Source: Rhodospirillales bacterium
GTDB taxonomy: Bacteria; Pseudomonadota; Alphaproteobacteria; Kiloniellales; CBDCUY01
Reading direction: 5' to 3'
DNA: 64,000 nt
Assembly (NCBI GenBank): GCA_965222795.1
Contig: OZ244972.1
Span: forward strand, 3,008,222 to 3,072,221
The notes beneath the pieces are model-generated. The model searched no databases and was not told where the DNA came from. It worked only from the letters and a program-made list of their open reading frames with translations. A program made the position numbers and the translations under genes. Positions 26,918-36,699 of the stretch are shown one piece after another (position 1 is the first letter of the stretch; the number at the start of each line of letters is the position of its first letter).

Positions 26918-28632
26918 CGGAGATCCTCCGGAAAGAACTTGAGGAGACACAAGAGCGGGTTTGGTGCCGCCTGGCCAAGGCCGCAGATCGAGGCATCGGC
27001 CATGACTTTGGCGAGATCGCCCAGGAGATCTTGGTCCCAATTGCCCTGTGACATCAGCTTGACCGCTTTTTCCGTCCCGTTGCGGCAAGGGGTGCATTGG
27101 CCGCAACTTTCATCCTCGAAGAACCGCATCAGGTTAAGGGCCACATCCTTCATGTTGTCCTTGTCGGACAGCACCACCACGGCGTGGCTGCCGACGAAGC
27201 AGCCCTGTTCCGCCAAGGGACCGCCGAAATCCAGCGGCAGGTCGGCCAGACTTGCCGGTAGAATGCCGCCCGAGGCACCGCCTGGGAGATAGCCTTTGAA
27301 AGCATGGCCGTCGGCCATTCCGCCGCAATGTTGCTCGATGAGCTCGCGGGCGGTGATGCCGGCAGGTGCCAGTTTGACCCCCGGCTGCTTCACCCGCCCG
27401 GAGACGGAATAGGATCGAAATCCCTTGTGGTCATCATCCTTGCCTTGGCCGGCAAACCACTCCGCACCCTTCTCGATGATATCCCGTACCCAGTAGACAG
27501 TCTCGACATTGTGCGCCAAGGTCGGCTGCTGGAAGAGGCCGCGTTCGGTGGGGAAGGGTGGCTTGTGTCGCGGCAGGCCCCGCTTGCCTTCGATCGATTC
27601 AAACATGGCCGACTCTTCGCCGCAAATGTAGGCGCCGGCACCTCGGCGCAGGTCGATTTTCATGCCGCCGGTTAGGCCCTCCGCGTCAATGCGGGCGATT
27701 TCGTCCTTCAGTATCTTAAGGACCGCCGGGTACTCATCGCGAATATAGACGTAAATCGTATCCACCTCGCAGGTCCAGCCGGCGATCAGCATCCCTTCCA
27801 AGAAGCGGTGCGGGTCGCTTTCCAAGTAGAAACGGTCCTTGAAGGTGCCGGGCTCACCCTCGTCGCCATTAATGGCGCAAAGCCGCGGGCCCGGTTGCTC
27901 GCGCACCAGTTTCCATTTCAAGCCGGCGGGAAATCCGGCGCCACCGAGGCCGCGCAGGCCAGAACTTTGCATCGCGGCCACGATATCGTTGCGGTCCCGC
28001 TTACCATCGAGGCAATCGCGCAGTGTGACGTAGCCGCCGCCCGCGACGTAGCTGTCGTAGCTGGTGTACGCGGGGATCTGCGGATGAGTTTCGCCGGCTA
28101 GGGCAGCGGCGGCGAGGCTTTCCACTGTAGCGCCATCCACGTGCCGATGACCGACCTCAGCCACCGGCGCCGTATCGCAGCGGCCCATGCAAGGCGCCCG
28201 CACGACCCGCACATTGCTGCCCACGGCGCTTTGCAGATTGGCCAGGATCTCTCCCGCCCCCATCAACCCGCAAGTCAGGCTGTCGCAGACCCGGATGGTC
28301 AAAGGTGGCGGTGGCTGTTCGTCTTCCAGAACGATGTCAAAATGGGCGTAGAAAGACGCCGTTTCGTAGACCTCGGCCATCGGCAAGCCCAGTTCTTCGG
28401 CAAGGGCTTGTAGGTGTCTCGCGCTCAAATGCCCGTGGCCATCCTGAATCAGGTGCAGATACTCGATGAGAAGATCGCGGCGGCGCGGTGTGTCTCCCAA
28501 GAGTGATTGGACTTCGCTCAAGGCATGAGGATCAAGCTTTCGGCCCTTCGGGAAGGGCAGGGCCTGCCTGCGGCCGGCACCAGGATGGATCTGGCGCTTT
28601 CCGGTGCCATTACTGTCGCTTGCCCTCTCCAT
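26914..28632 (-). CDS. fdsB: formate dehydrogenase beta subunit, fused NuoE-like (2Fe-2S) plus NuoF-like (FMN/NAD/4Fe-4S) domains
   Basis: 572 aa. The N-terminal part has ..CDSLTC..//..APCMGRCDTAP.. (NuoE type). The C-terminal part has ..GLRGLGGAGFP.. and ..ESCGQCTPCR.. (NuoF type). Confidence 0.85.
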   Translation of the reverse strand: MERASDSNGTGKRQIHPGAGRRQALPFPKGRKLDPHALSEVQSLLGDTPRRRDLLIEYLHLIQDGHGHLSARHLQALAEELGLPMAEVYETASFYAHFDIVLEDEQPPPPLTIRVCDSLTCGLMGAGEILANLQSAVGSNVRVVRAPCMGRCDTAPVAEVGHRHVDGATVESLAAAALAGETHPQIPAYTSYDSYVAGGGYVTLRDCLDGKRDRNDIVAAMQSSGLRGLGGAGFPAGLKWKLVREQPGPRLCAINGDEGEPGTFKDRFYLESDPHRFLEGMLIAGWTCEVDTIYVYIRDEYPAVLKILKDEIARIDAEGLTGGMKIDLRRGAGAYICGEESAMFESIEGKRGLPRHKPPFPTERGLFQQPTLAHNVETVYWVRDIIEKGAEWFAGQGKDDDHKGFRSYSVSGRVKQPGVKLAPAGITARELIEQHCGGMADGHAFKGYLPGGASGGILPASLADLPLDFGGPLAEQGCFVGSHAVVVLSDKDNMKDVALNLMRFFEDESCGQCTPCRNGTEKAVKLMSQGNWDQDLLGDLAKVMADASICGLGQAAPNPLLCLLKFFPEDLR

Positions 28633-28747
28633 CTCTTTAAGATCCTTTCAGGTGACAGCCTTGGCCGCTGCTATCGCACAACCAAAGCTGATTTGCCAGC
28701 TATTGACGCCCGAGATTGTCTATCTAGTAAGGTGTCAATTTGACCAG

Positions 28748-28939
28748 TTAGGCTTGTTCCTTGGCGACGATCTCCAACGCAATAACGGCGCAATTGATGA
28801 GCTGCTTGCCCCTATGCTCAAAGTTCACCGTAACGCGCTCGCCAACGACAGACTGTATTTGTCCAAGTCCCCAATCTGGTTGGCTCGGGTGCCGGACGAG
28901 CATTCCTGGCAGCAATTCGCGTGTCATTAGTGTGTCCAT
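28748..28939 (-). CDS. DUF3553-family small protein
   Basis: Core ..VRHPSQPDWGLGQIQSVVGERVTVNFEHRGKQLIN.. matches DUF3553. ATG 28939 follows AAGGGGA. The longer 101-aa track ORF is probably over-extended. Confidence 0.55.
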   Translation of the reverse strand: MDTLMTRELLPGMLVRHPSQPDWGLGQIQSVVGERVTVNFEHRGKQLINCAVIALEIVAKEQA

Positions 28940-29123
28940 AAGTCCCCTTGGCGAAGCTACCTTAGTCATTTGGGCTCCCACGGCAAAGGCTTGCGCCAAG
29001 AAATTTGGCTGGGCAGGATGCGCGAGGGGCGAAAGCCGATTCTCTTGGGCCACCCATAAGGGGCGTATTGGGTGGTTGATGCCTCCGATAGCCAGAGAAG
29101 TGGGAAGTTAGAAAGGAATTACC

Positions 29124-29762
29124 GTGCAAATCGACCTTAAGGTTGCAGAATTGCTGTCGTCGCGGCTGTGTCACGATCTCGTTGGTCCGATCGGTGCTGT
29201 TAACAATGGCATGGAATTGATGGAAGATGACGAGTTCGGTATGGCCGAGGAGGCACTGAAGCTAGCTACCGGCAGCGCGCGGCAAGCGGCACAGCGTTTG
29301 CGATTCTACCGGGCGGCCTATGGGGTCGGCGGCAGTGTCACGGCCATTACCGCCCAAGAGCTTGGCACTCTCATCCGCGGGCTGCTCGAGCACGCGAGTA
29401 CGTCCTTCGAATGGCCCAACGAACGTTTGCCTGAAAGAAGTCCTGTTGGGCTCGGCAAGCTGATCCTCAATATGGTGGCCTTGGCGATCGAGGCGCTCCC
29501 ACGCGGGGGCTCGCTGGGCCTGGCGATCGAACAGTCGAAAAATGGGATTTCCCTGGACGTGGTTGTGGCGGGTCAGGAAGCGCGAATGAGGTCCGAGTCT
29601 CAAGAAGCCATGGCCGATCAGGTTGATTTAGACGACCTAACGCCGCGCAATGTGCAAGGCTACTTCACCCGGCTTCTGGCCCGCCGTTTGGGTGGTGACC
29701 TGCGGGCCCAGGCCGCGGCCGAAAACTGCCTGCGTTTTACGGCTCAGGTGCCGTTGCAATAG
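29124..29762 (+). CDS. chpT: histidine phosphotransferase ChpT
   Basis: 212 aa. N-terminus ..LLSSRLCHDLVGPIGAVNNGMELMEDD.. is the ChpT phospho-His region. GTG start. Confidence 0.75.
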   Translation: MQIDLKVAELLSSRLCHDLVGPIGAVNNGMELMEDDEFGMAEEALKLATGSARQAAQRLRFYRAAYGVGGSVTAITAQELGTLIRGLLEHASTSFEWPNERLPERSPVGLGKLILNMVALAIEALPRGGSLGLAIEQSKNGISLDVVVAGQEARMRSESQEAMADQVDLDDLTPRNVQGYFTRLLARRLGGDLRAQAAAENCLRFTAQVPLQ

Positions 29763-29898
29763 CTTTCCGGTTCGCAGGATGGTCGGCTGAAATCCTGAAA
29801 CTTAGCCCTGCCCGTCCGGGATCCGGGGTGATCTGCTCAATTTTTCTAGTTTTCGTGGCGGAAATCTCCTTGCGCATGGTCCGGCTCAGGCTTAATGT

Positions 29899-29913
29899 TG
29901 CGAATAATTCGCA
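29899..29913. promoter_or_regulatory. perfect 7-1-7 palindrome TGCGAAT-A-ATTCGCA upstream of fbpA (candidate Fur/Mur-type iron operator)
   Basis: The palindrome was read directly from the sequence. It sits 33 nt upstream of the fbpA ATG in an AT-rich stretch and is followed by ATTTGCAATATT. Confidence 0.3.
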
Positions 29914-29945
29914 TTTGCAATATTGACCGAGGACAGCTTTCGATC

Positions 29946-30965
29946 ATGCGACCTGCCCTGATCACATCGCTCGCGATGGCCCTTTGCACCCTTTCCGTAT
30001 TTCAAGCTGCCGCGAGTGAACTCAACCTCTATTCATCGCGTCACTACTACACCGATGAAGCGCTTTACGAAAACTTCACAGCAAAGACAGGCATCACCAT
30101 CAATCGGATCGAGGGCAAAGGCGATGCCCTGATCGAGCGGATCAAGAGTGAGGGCGCGAATAGCCCGGCCGACGTGTTGATAACGGTGGATGCCGGTCGG
30201 CTTTGGCGGGCCGAGCAGGCGGACATTTTCCAGCCGATCGAGTCGGAACTGCTGGCAGAGAGGATCCCAGCGCATCTGCGCCATCCCAAGGGATTGTGGT
30301 ACGGCCTTTCCAGCCGCGCGCGGCTTATCTTTTACGATAAGAGCAAGATTAGAAAGGGCGAGATCTCACGCTATGAAGACCTGGCGGAGCCTCGCTGGAA
30401 AGGCAAGGTTTGTATCCGCAAGAGCGCCAACATCTACAATCAATCGCTGTTGGCTTCCATGATCGCCGCCATGGATGAGGCTGGAGCCGAGGAATGGGCC
30501 CGGGGCGTGGTGGCGAACTTTGCTCGCGATCCGGTCAAAGGCGATACCAACCAACTGCGCGGCATCGGTTCTGGCGAGTGTCAGATAGCGGTGGCGAACT
30601 CCTACTACTTCGTCCGCCTCATGACCCGGCCGAAAGACCAAGACAAGGGCTTGGCCGAAAAGATCGGCGTGATCTTTCCGAACCAAGATGATCGCGGCAC
30701 CCACGTAAACGTCTCTGGCGCCGGCGTCTTGAAGCACGCGCCGAACCGCGAGGCGGCGATCGCCTTCTTGGAGTATCTCGCGAGCGATGAGGCGCAGCGC
30801 TACTTTGCCGAGGGTAACAACGAGTATCCTGTCGTCACGGGCATTGCCCCTGATTCCGCGCTTGCCTCCTTGGGTGAGTTTAGGAGTGATACCTTGAACG
30901 TAGCCTTTTTCGGCGAGAATCAGCCGCTCGCACAAAAGATTTTTGACCGCGTCGGTTGGAAGTAG
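29946..30965 (+). CDS. fbpA: Fe(3+) ABC transporter substrate-binding protein
   Basis: Signal peptide MRPALITSLAMALCTLSVFQAAA, then ..LNLYSSRHYYTDE.. and ..SYYF.. motifs typical of FbpA/AfuA. Confidence 0.85.
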   Translation: MRPALITSLAMALCTLSVFQAAASELNLYSSRHYYTDEALYENFTAKTGITINRIEGKGDALIERIKSEGANSPADVLITVDAGRLWRAEQADIFQPIESELLAERIPAHLRHPKGLWYGLSSRARLIFYDKSKIRKGEISRYEDLAEPRWKGKVCIRKSANIYNQSLLASMIAAMDEAGAEEWARGVVANFARDPVKGDTNQLRGIGSGECQIAVANSYYFVRLMTRPKDQDKGLAEKIGVIFPNQDDRGTHVNVSGAGVLKHAPNREAAIAFLEYLASDEAQRYFAEGNNEYPVVTGIAPDSALASLGEFRSDTLNVAFFGENQPLAQKIFDRVGWK

Positions 30966-30975
30966 CGACCTCGAA

Positions 30976-32673
30976 TCAAACATCACTTGCTGGCAGACCA
31001 GGCCGCGAGCGAGCGATCGTGCGACTCAAGACAATCAGCGGCAAAATGCCGACCAGCACTATGGTCAGGGAAGGCACTGCCGCTTCGTTGAGGCGCTCAT
31101 CGGCGGCCAAGTTATGGGCTTGAACGGCGAGTGTGTCGAAATTAAAGGGCCGCATGACCAAGGTGGCCGGCAATTCCTTCATCACGTCGACAAAGACGAT
31201 CAGCGCGGCGGTGAGCAAACTGCCCCACATGATGGGCGCGTGCACGTGCAGCAAGCTCCCTAGGGGGCGTTGACCGAGGTTACGGGCAGCATCGTCCATG
31301 TTTGGTCGAATCTTCATCAGGCTCGCTTCGACGGTGTTGATGGCGACCGCGAGAAAGCGAACTAGATAGGCAAAGACAAGGGCTGCGACAGAGCCTGTGA
31401 GCAGAAGGCCCGTAGAGATGCCAAAACTGGCTTGGGCCCAGTTATCCAGCAGGTTGTCGAGTTTTGCAAAAGGAATAAGGACCCCGACCGCAATCACCAA
31501 ACCTGGTACCGCGTAGCCGATGGCCGCGACGCGATTGGCGGCGCGAGGGACCAGGCCTGGGTCGAGACGAGCCGCGTAGGCCATCAAGACGGCGATTACG
31601 ACGGCCAAGACGGCCGTGAGGCCAGCTAGTGAGAAACTATTCGTGACCAATGCCAGGTAGCGTTGACCGAAGATCCCGCCATCGGCCTCGACCGAGAGGT
31701 CGATCAACAATATGGCGGGCAACAAAAAACCGAAGAATAGTGGCAAGAAACAAGCCAAGCATGCCCCCACCGCCCGCCAGCCGCGAAGGCGATAGGCGGG
31801 CAAATGACGATAGCGGCTCGAGGCATGGTGATATCGGGCATGGCCGCGCGCGAGGCGCTCAAGAACGATTACAAATCCTACAAACACAAGCAAGTAGGTG
31901 GCGATCTGTGCTGCGGTCACCCGGTCGCCGAGGGACATCCAGGCGCGATGGATCCCAGTCGTAAGTGTGGGGACACCAAAATAGGAGACAGTGCCAAAAT
32001 CGGCCAAGGTCTCCATGATGGCCAAGCCGACGCCGGCGGCGATCGCGGGACGCGCGCCTGGCAGCGCTACGCGAATGAAACTGCCGAACGGCCCGCAACC
32101 CAAGGTGCGGCTCACCTCAAGCGCGCAAACTGACTGTTCGAGAAAAGCTGCCCGTGCCAGAAGGTAGACATAGGGGTAAAGCACCAGGACGAGCATCGCC
32201 ATGGCGCCACCCAGGGAATAGATCGGTGGAAACCAATACTCACTTGCCTGCCATCCTGTCGCCATTCGTAAGATCGTTTGTACGGGCCCAGAATATTCGA
32301 AGAACTCTGTATAGCTGTAGGCCATCACGTAGGCCGGCACGGCCAGCGGCAATATGAGGGCCCATTCGAAGTACCTCTGGCCGGGAAAGCGACAAAGGGT
32401 AACAAGCCAAGCGGTCGGCACCCCAAGCAGCGTCACGCCCAGGCCGACACCAATCGCCAAGTAGATGGAATTCAAGAGATAGCTCGAAAGAACCGTCTCT
32501 TTGAGATGTTCCCAAGTGTCGCTAAAGGGTGCCAGTAAGCTAACAGCGATACTCACGATGGGAACGGCGATCAGAGCGGCGACGGAAAGGGCAAAAACCT
32601 GTAACAGGCTCGACCGACGCGGCTTTCGGCCACCGAGCAGAAACCCCCTCGGTTCTCGAATTCCACTGGCCAA
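30976..32673 (-). CDS. fbpB: Fe(3+) ABC transporter permease (two fused permease domains)
   Basis: About 12 TM segments in two homologous halves. The start is uncertain (TTG 32673 chosen; ATG 32775 would add a non-typical 34-aa leader). Confidence 0.75.
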   Translation of the reverse strand: MASGIREPRGFLLGGRKPRRSSLLQVFALSVAALIAVPIVSIAVSLLAPFSDTWEHLKETVLSSYLLNSIYLAIGVGLGVTLLGVPTAWLVTLCRFPGQRYFEWALILPLAVPAYVMAYSYTEFFEYSGPVQTILRMATGWQASEYWFPPIYSLGGAMAMLVLVLYPYVYLLARAAFLEQSVCALEVSRTLGCGPFGSFIRVALPGARPAIAAGVGLAIMETLADFGTVSYFGVPTLTTGIHRAWMSLGDRVTAAQIATYLLVFVGFVIVLERLARGHARYHHASSRYRHLPAYRLRGWRAVGACLACFLPLFFGFLLPAILLIDLSVEADGGIFGQRYLALVTNSFSLAGLTAVLAVVIAVLMAYAARLDPGLVPRAANRVAAIGYAVPGLVIAVGVLIPFAKLDNLLDNWAQASFGISTGLLLTGSVAALVFAYLVRFLAVAINTVEASLMKIRPNMDDAARNLGQRPLGSLLHVHAPIMWGSLLTAALIVFVDVMKELPATLVMRPFNFDTLAVQAHNLAADERLNEAAVPSLTIVLVGILPLIVLSRTIARSRPGLPASDV

Positions 32674-32984
32674 GCGTGATCGCGGGCTTGAGCTCAAACG
32701 TCCCTCCAGGCTCGAAGTCGTTCCCTTCGGCAACAGATGCCATCTGTGGACGAAAATGAGAAGCATTCTCAACAATGATTGTCAATCGTGACCGAACCGC
32801 AAGGGTCCTGTCCGGCCGAAAGTTTCCCCTTGTAAACGCCGTCCTGGCTCAGATGTGGGACCCGCAATTGCGCTTTTTCACCGCGGGCTAAACCACCTTT
32901 AACCGAATTTTGTAAGTTTGGGCATAGACAAGCGGATTAGACGGGCGCAGCCCCAAGATATGATAGTGCAGTCAGGCGACAACG

Positions 32985-35744
32985 ATGGACGAACTCCTAG
33001 GCGAATTTCTTACGGAAACCAATGAGAGCTTGTCGGTCTTAGATACCGAGTTGGTAGAGCTTGAGCGAAATCCGAATGATCCAGAACTGCTGAGCAATAT
33101 TTTTCGCTTGATGCATACCATCAAGGGCACCTGCGGCTTCCTCGGGTTGCCGCGTTTGGAAGCTGTGGCCCATGCCGGGGAAAATGTCCTAGGCAAGGTT
33201 CGCGATGGTGAGTTGACCATCACGCCTGAGGCCGTTTCCTTGATTTTGGAGTGCCTTGATCGAATTAGGGTCATATTGGACGAGCTTGCCGCATCGCAAG
33301 TAGAGCCGGAAGGGGACGATCAAGAGCTCGTCGGCCGCTTGAATCAGCTTGCGGAGGGTGGACAATCGCCCGGTGATGCCTCCGGCGATAATACAGTCGA
33401 GCCTTGCGAACCAGAGGTCACTACCCCCGAGCCAGCCAATGAAGGTGGCAGCAGCGATCCGGTTGCTTCAGAAGCAGCTGCGAATGTCGTCGAAATGGCC
33501 TCTCCGCCAACGCCAGGTGCAGGTGAAGAAACCATATTGGAGCAGAATGGTCCGGAGGATGTGAAAGTGCCGCCAGCTGCGGTCGCCGCGGCTCCTGCAG
33601 ATAGCCCAAAACCCAGTCCGGCCAAGTCTGCGCAAAGTACCCCCGCCAATGCCAGCAAGGATGCTGCTACTAAGGAAGCCCCTGTCGTTAACCAATCAAT
33701 CCGGGTGAACGTTGACGTCCTCGAAAACCTGATGACCATGGTCTCAGAGCTCGTCCTTACCCGAAATCAGCTTTTGCAGATCTTGCGTGGGCAAAAAGAG
33801 AGCGAGTTTAGTGCGCCCTTGCAACGACTGAACCATGTGGTCTCTGAGTTGCAAGAAGGCGTGATGCAGACGCGCATGCAGCCGATCGGAAATGCTTGGG
33901 CCAAACTGCCGCGGGTCTTGCGCGACCTGTCCCATGAGCTCGGCAAGAAGATCGAGCTGGTGATGAAGGGCGCTGAAACCGAGTTGGATAGACAGGTCCT
34001 GGAGCTCATCAAAGACCCCTTGACCCACATGGTTCGCAATTCCGCCGACCATGGTCTCGAATCGCCTGCCGAAAGGTTGGCGGCTGGGAAACCGGAGGTC
34101 GGCACCGTTACTCTTAACGCCTTTCACGAGGGCGGCCATATCATTATCGAGATCAGCGACAACGGCCGTGGCCTCAATGTCGACCGGATCAAAGACAAGG
34201 TTGTCGCAAATGGGCTCGCTTCCGAAAGCGAGCTGGATGCCTTATCCGATCAACAAGTTATGCAGCACATCTTCAAACCCGGCTTTTCCACGGCGCAGCA
34301 AGTCACCGCGGTGTCCGGTCGTGGCGTTGGTATGGATGTGGTTCGCACCAACATCGAAAAAATCGGCGGAACAATAGAACTTGCCTCGGCTGAAGGTAAG
34401 GGCACTTGTTTTACCATTAAGATTCCTCTCACGTTGGCGATTGTGTCGGCATTGATTGTCGAATGTCGCGGTGAACGCTTCGCGATCCCGCAAATCAGCG
34501 TGATTGAACTGGTTCGCGCTAGTAGCCAATCCGATCAAAACATCGAACAAATCAAAGATACGCCCGTGCTTCGGCTACGTAATCGCCTGCTACCGCTCGT
34601 GAACTTGGGCGATTTGTTGCGCCTGCCACCGGCTACCGAGGGTGACGGAACGAGCGACCGTTCTGACGACTTTATCGTTGTGACACAGGTTGGCAACTAC
34701 ACCTTTGGCATCATTGTCGACCGAGTGTTCGACACGGAAGAGATCGTGGTCAAGCCAGTTGCACCCATCCTTCGCGACATTCAGCTGTTTTCCGGCAACA
34801 CTATTCTTGGCGATGGCAGTGTGGTGATGATCCTCGATCCAAACGGCATCGCTGCAGCCACCGGCGAAATCACGGTTGCCGATGCAAACGAAACAGAAGG
34901 CGGTCAACGACCGCACGAACTCGAGCAAGAAAATGTTGCCATGCTGGTGTTCAAAGGCGCCGGGGACGGGCCGAAGGCGGTGCCGCTAGGCTTGGTGGCG
35001 CGCCTGGAGGAATTTGATTGCAAGACCATAGAGTTCTCGGGTGATCGCAATGTTGTTCAGTATCGTGGCCAGCTAATGCCGCTTATCCACATTGATGCCG
35101 GAGCAACGGCCAAATCGGAGGGCATGCAGCCGGTGCTGGTCTTTACCGACCGAGAGCGTTCGATGGGACTGGTGGTCGATGAAATCGTCGATATCATCGA
35201 GGATCGGCTAAACGTCGAGCTCACTTCCGAACGGCCAGGTTTTATCGGCAGCGCTATCATCTCGGGACAGGCTACAGACATCATTGATACGGGTTACTAC
35301 CTCACCCAAGCTTTCAGCGATTGGTTTGGCACTCAGGGCGATGTGAATGAGCCTGCCTTTGACGGTGGTCGCGTCCTGCTTGTGGATGACAGTGATTTCT
35401 TCCGTAACCTTATGACCCCTCTGCTGTCAGCGGCGGGCTATGAGGTTATTGCTGCGACAACGGCCGAACATGCGCTTCAGATTTGCCAGGATGCCGGTAG
35501 CTTTGATGTCATCGTTTCAGACATCGAGATGCCCGGCATGGACGGATTTGCCCTGGCTAAAATGCTCAAGGACGACGCTCGTTGGTCCGAGACGCCGATC
35601 GTTGCTCTGTCATCCCATACGGGACCACAGGTCCTAAATCGTGGGCGAGAGGCAGGCTTTAGTGACTATGTTGCGAAATTCGATCGCGACGGTCTGTTGA
35701 TGACACTGAAGGAAACCATCGCGACTGCGAGGAGTGCCGCATGA
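32985..35744 (+). CDS. cheA: chemotaxis histidine kinase CheA with a C-terminal receiver domain
   Basis: 919 aa. HPt ..FRLMHTIKGTCGFLG.., a Pro/Ala/Glu-rich linker, HATPase (..DNGRGL.., ..GRGVGMDVV..), a CheW-like domain and a C-terminal REC (..VLLVDDS..DVIVSDIEMPGMDG..). Confidence 0.9.
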   Translation: MDELLGEFLTETNESLSVLDTELVELERNPNDPELLSNIFRLMHTIKGTCGFLGLPRLEAVAHAGENVLGKVRDGELTITPEAVSLILECLDRIRVILDELAASQVEPEGDDQELVGRLNQLAEGGQSPGDASGDNTVEPCEPEVTTPEPANEGGSSDPVASEAAANVVEMASPPTPGAGEETILEQNGPEDVKVPPAAVAAAPADSPKPSPAKSAQSTPANASKDAATKEAPVVNQSIRVNVDVLENLMTMVSELVLTRNQLLQILRGQKESEFSAPLQRLNHVVSELQEGVMQTRMQPIGNAWAKLPRVLRDLSHELGKKIELVMKGAETELDRQVLELIKDPLTHMVRNSADHGLESPAERLAAGKPEVGTVTLNAFHEGGHIIIEISDNGRGLNVDRIKDKVVANGLASESELDALSDQQVMQHIFKPGFSTAQQVTAVSGRGVGMDVVRTNIEKIGGTIELASAEGKGTCFTIKIPLTLAIVSALIVECRGERFAIPQISVIELVRASSQSDQNIEQIKDTPVLRLRNRLLPLVNLGDLLRLPPATEGDGTSDRSDDFIVVTQVGNYTFGIIVDRVFDTEEIVVKPVAPILRDIQLFSGNTILGDGSVVMILDPNGIAAATGEITVADANETEGGQRPHELEQENVAMLVFKGAGDGPKAVPLGLVARLEEFDCKTIEFSGDRNVVQYRGQLMPLIHIDAGATAKSEGMQPVLVFTDRERSMGLVVDEIVDIIEDRLNVELTSERPGFIGSAIISGQATDIIDTGYYLTQAFSDWFGTQGDVNEPAFDGGRVLLVDDSDFFRNLMTPLLSAAGYEVIAATTAEHALQICQDAGSFDVIVSDIEMPGMDGFALAKMLKDDARWSETPIVALSSHTGPQVLNRGREAGFSDYVAKFDRDGLLMTLKETIATARSAA

Positions 35745-36232
35745 GCAAGGAACCATCAATGCCGGATCCGGCAGCCGAGGAACCGGCCGGTGGCCAATCG
35801 AGAGACTATGTCTCTTTCCGAATTGCCGACCAACTCTTTGGAATTCCGGTACTTTCCGTGCAAGATGTTCTCAGTGAACATCGAATTACCCGCATTCCGC
35901 TCGCGCCCGCAGAAATCGCCGGATCTTTGAACTTGCGAGGCCGGATCGTTACGGCAATCGACGTACGAATGAAACTAGAGCTGCCGACGCTCGACGACGG
36001 AAAGAAATCAATGAGCATCGTCGTAGAGCGTGGCGGTGAGCTTTATAGCCTGTTGGTGGATTCCGTCGGGGAAGTGTTGAGCCTGAGTGAACGTGAACAT
36101 GAACGTAACCCCCCGACCCTCGATCGGCATTTACGAGAATTTTCGCAAGGAATTTACCGGCTTAACGAGAAGCTCCTGGTCGAGCTCAACGTTGATAGAT
36201 TGCTCGACTACGATGTTAATCAGGCGGCGTAG
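35741..36232 (+). CDS. cheW: chemotaxis coupling protein CheW
   Basis: 163 aa; its ATG overlaps the cheA stop (ATGA). CheW-like domain sequence (..YVSFRIADQLFGIPVLSVQDVL..). Confidence 0.85.
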   Translation: MSKEPSMPDPAAEEPAGGQSRDYVSFRIADQLFGIPVLSVQDVLSEHRITRIPLAPAEIAGSLNLRGRIVTAIDVRMKLELPTLDDGKKSMSIVVERGGELYSLLVDSVGEVLSLSEREHERNPPTLDRHLREFSQGIYRLNEKLLVELNVDRLLDYDVNQAA

Positions 36233-36295
36233 ACGGGTGGCATCGAGGTTTGTGCAAGTCTCAGCGCGAATGGTCGTGCTGCTTGGAGTAAGACG

Positions 36296-36661
36296 ATGAA
36301 ATCATGCTTGGTCGTGGACGATTCCAAAGTCGTTAGGATGGTCGCGAGGAAAATTTTGGAAGGTCTGAATTTCGAAGTAGTCGAAGCGGCCGACGGCAAA
36401 GAAGCCTTGGACGTTTGCCGCGCACAAATGCCTCATAGCATTCTGCTCGATTGGAACATGCCAGTGAAATCAGGCATTGATTTCTTGCGCGATTTGCGTG
36501 CCTTCCCGAATGTTGCCCAGCCGATTGTCGTGTTCTGCACCACGGAAAACGGACTGGACCATATACAAGAAGCCATGTCAGCAGGCGCCGACGAATACAT
36601 CATGAAGCCCTTTGATGCCGAGATCATCGAATCCAAGTTTGTGCAAGTTGGTCTTCTCTAG
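36296..36661 (+). CDS. cheY: single-domain response regulator CheY
   Basis: 121 aa with the REC signature ..LVVDDS..ILLDWNMP..K... Confidence 0.85.
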   Translation: MKSCLVVDDSKVVRMVARKILEGLNFEVVEAADGKEALDVCRAQMPHSILLDWNMPVKSGIDFLRDLRAFPNVAQPIVVFCTTENGLDHIQEAMSAGADEYIMKPFDAEIIESKFVQVGLL

Positions 36662-36699
36662 AATTGATCCAAGGCAGATTGGCCGGGCGAAAACAAGAA

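Noticed and set aside
17324-28632. Selenocysteine (in-frame TGA plus SECIS) in the two FDH alpha subunits and in the FwdB-like gene (42278..43594).
   Set aside because: All three ORFs are uninterrupted. The catalytic position is a Cys codon in each: TGT at 17918-17920, ..RLCHASS.. in fdsA, and TGC at 42632-42634.
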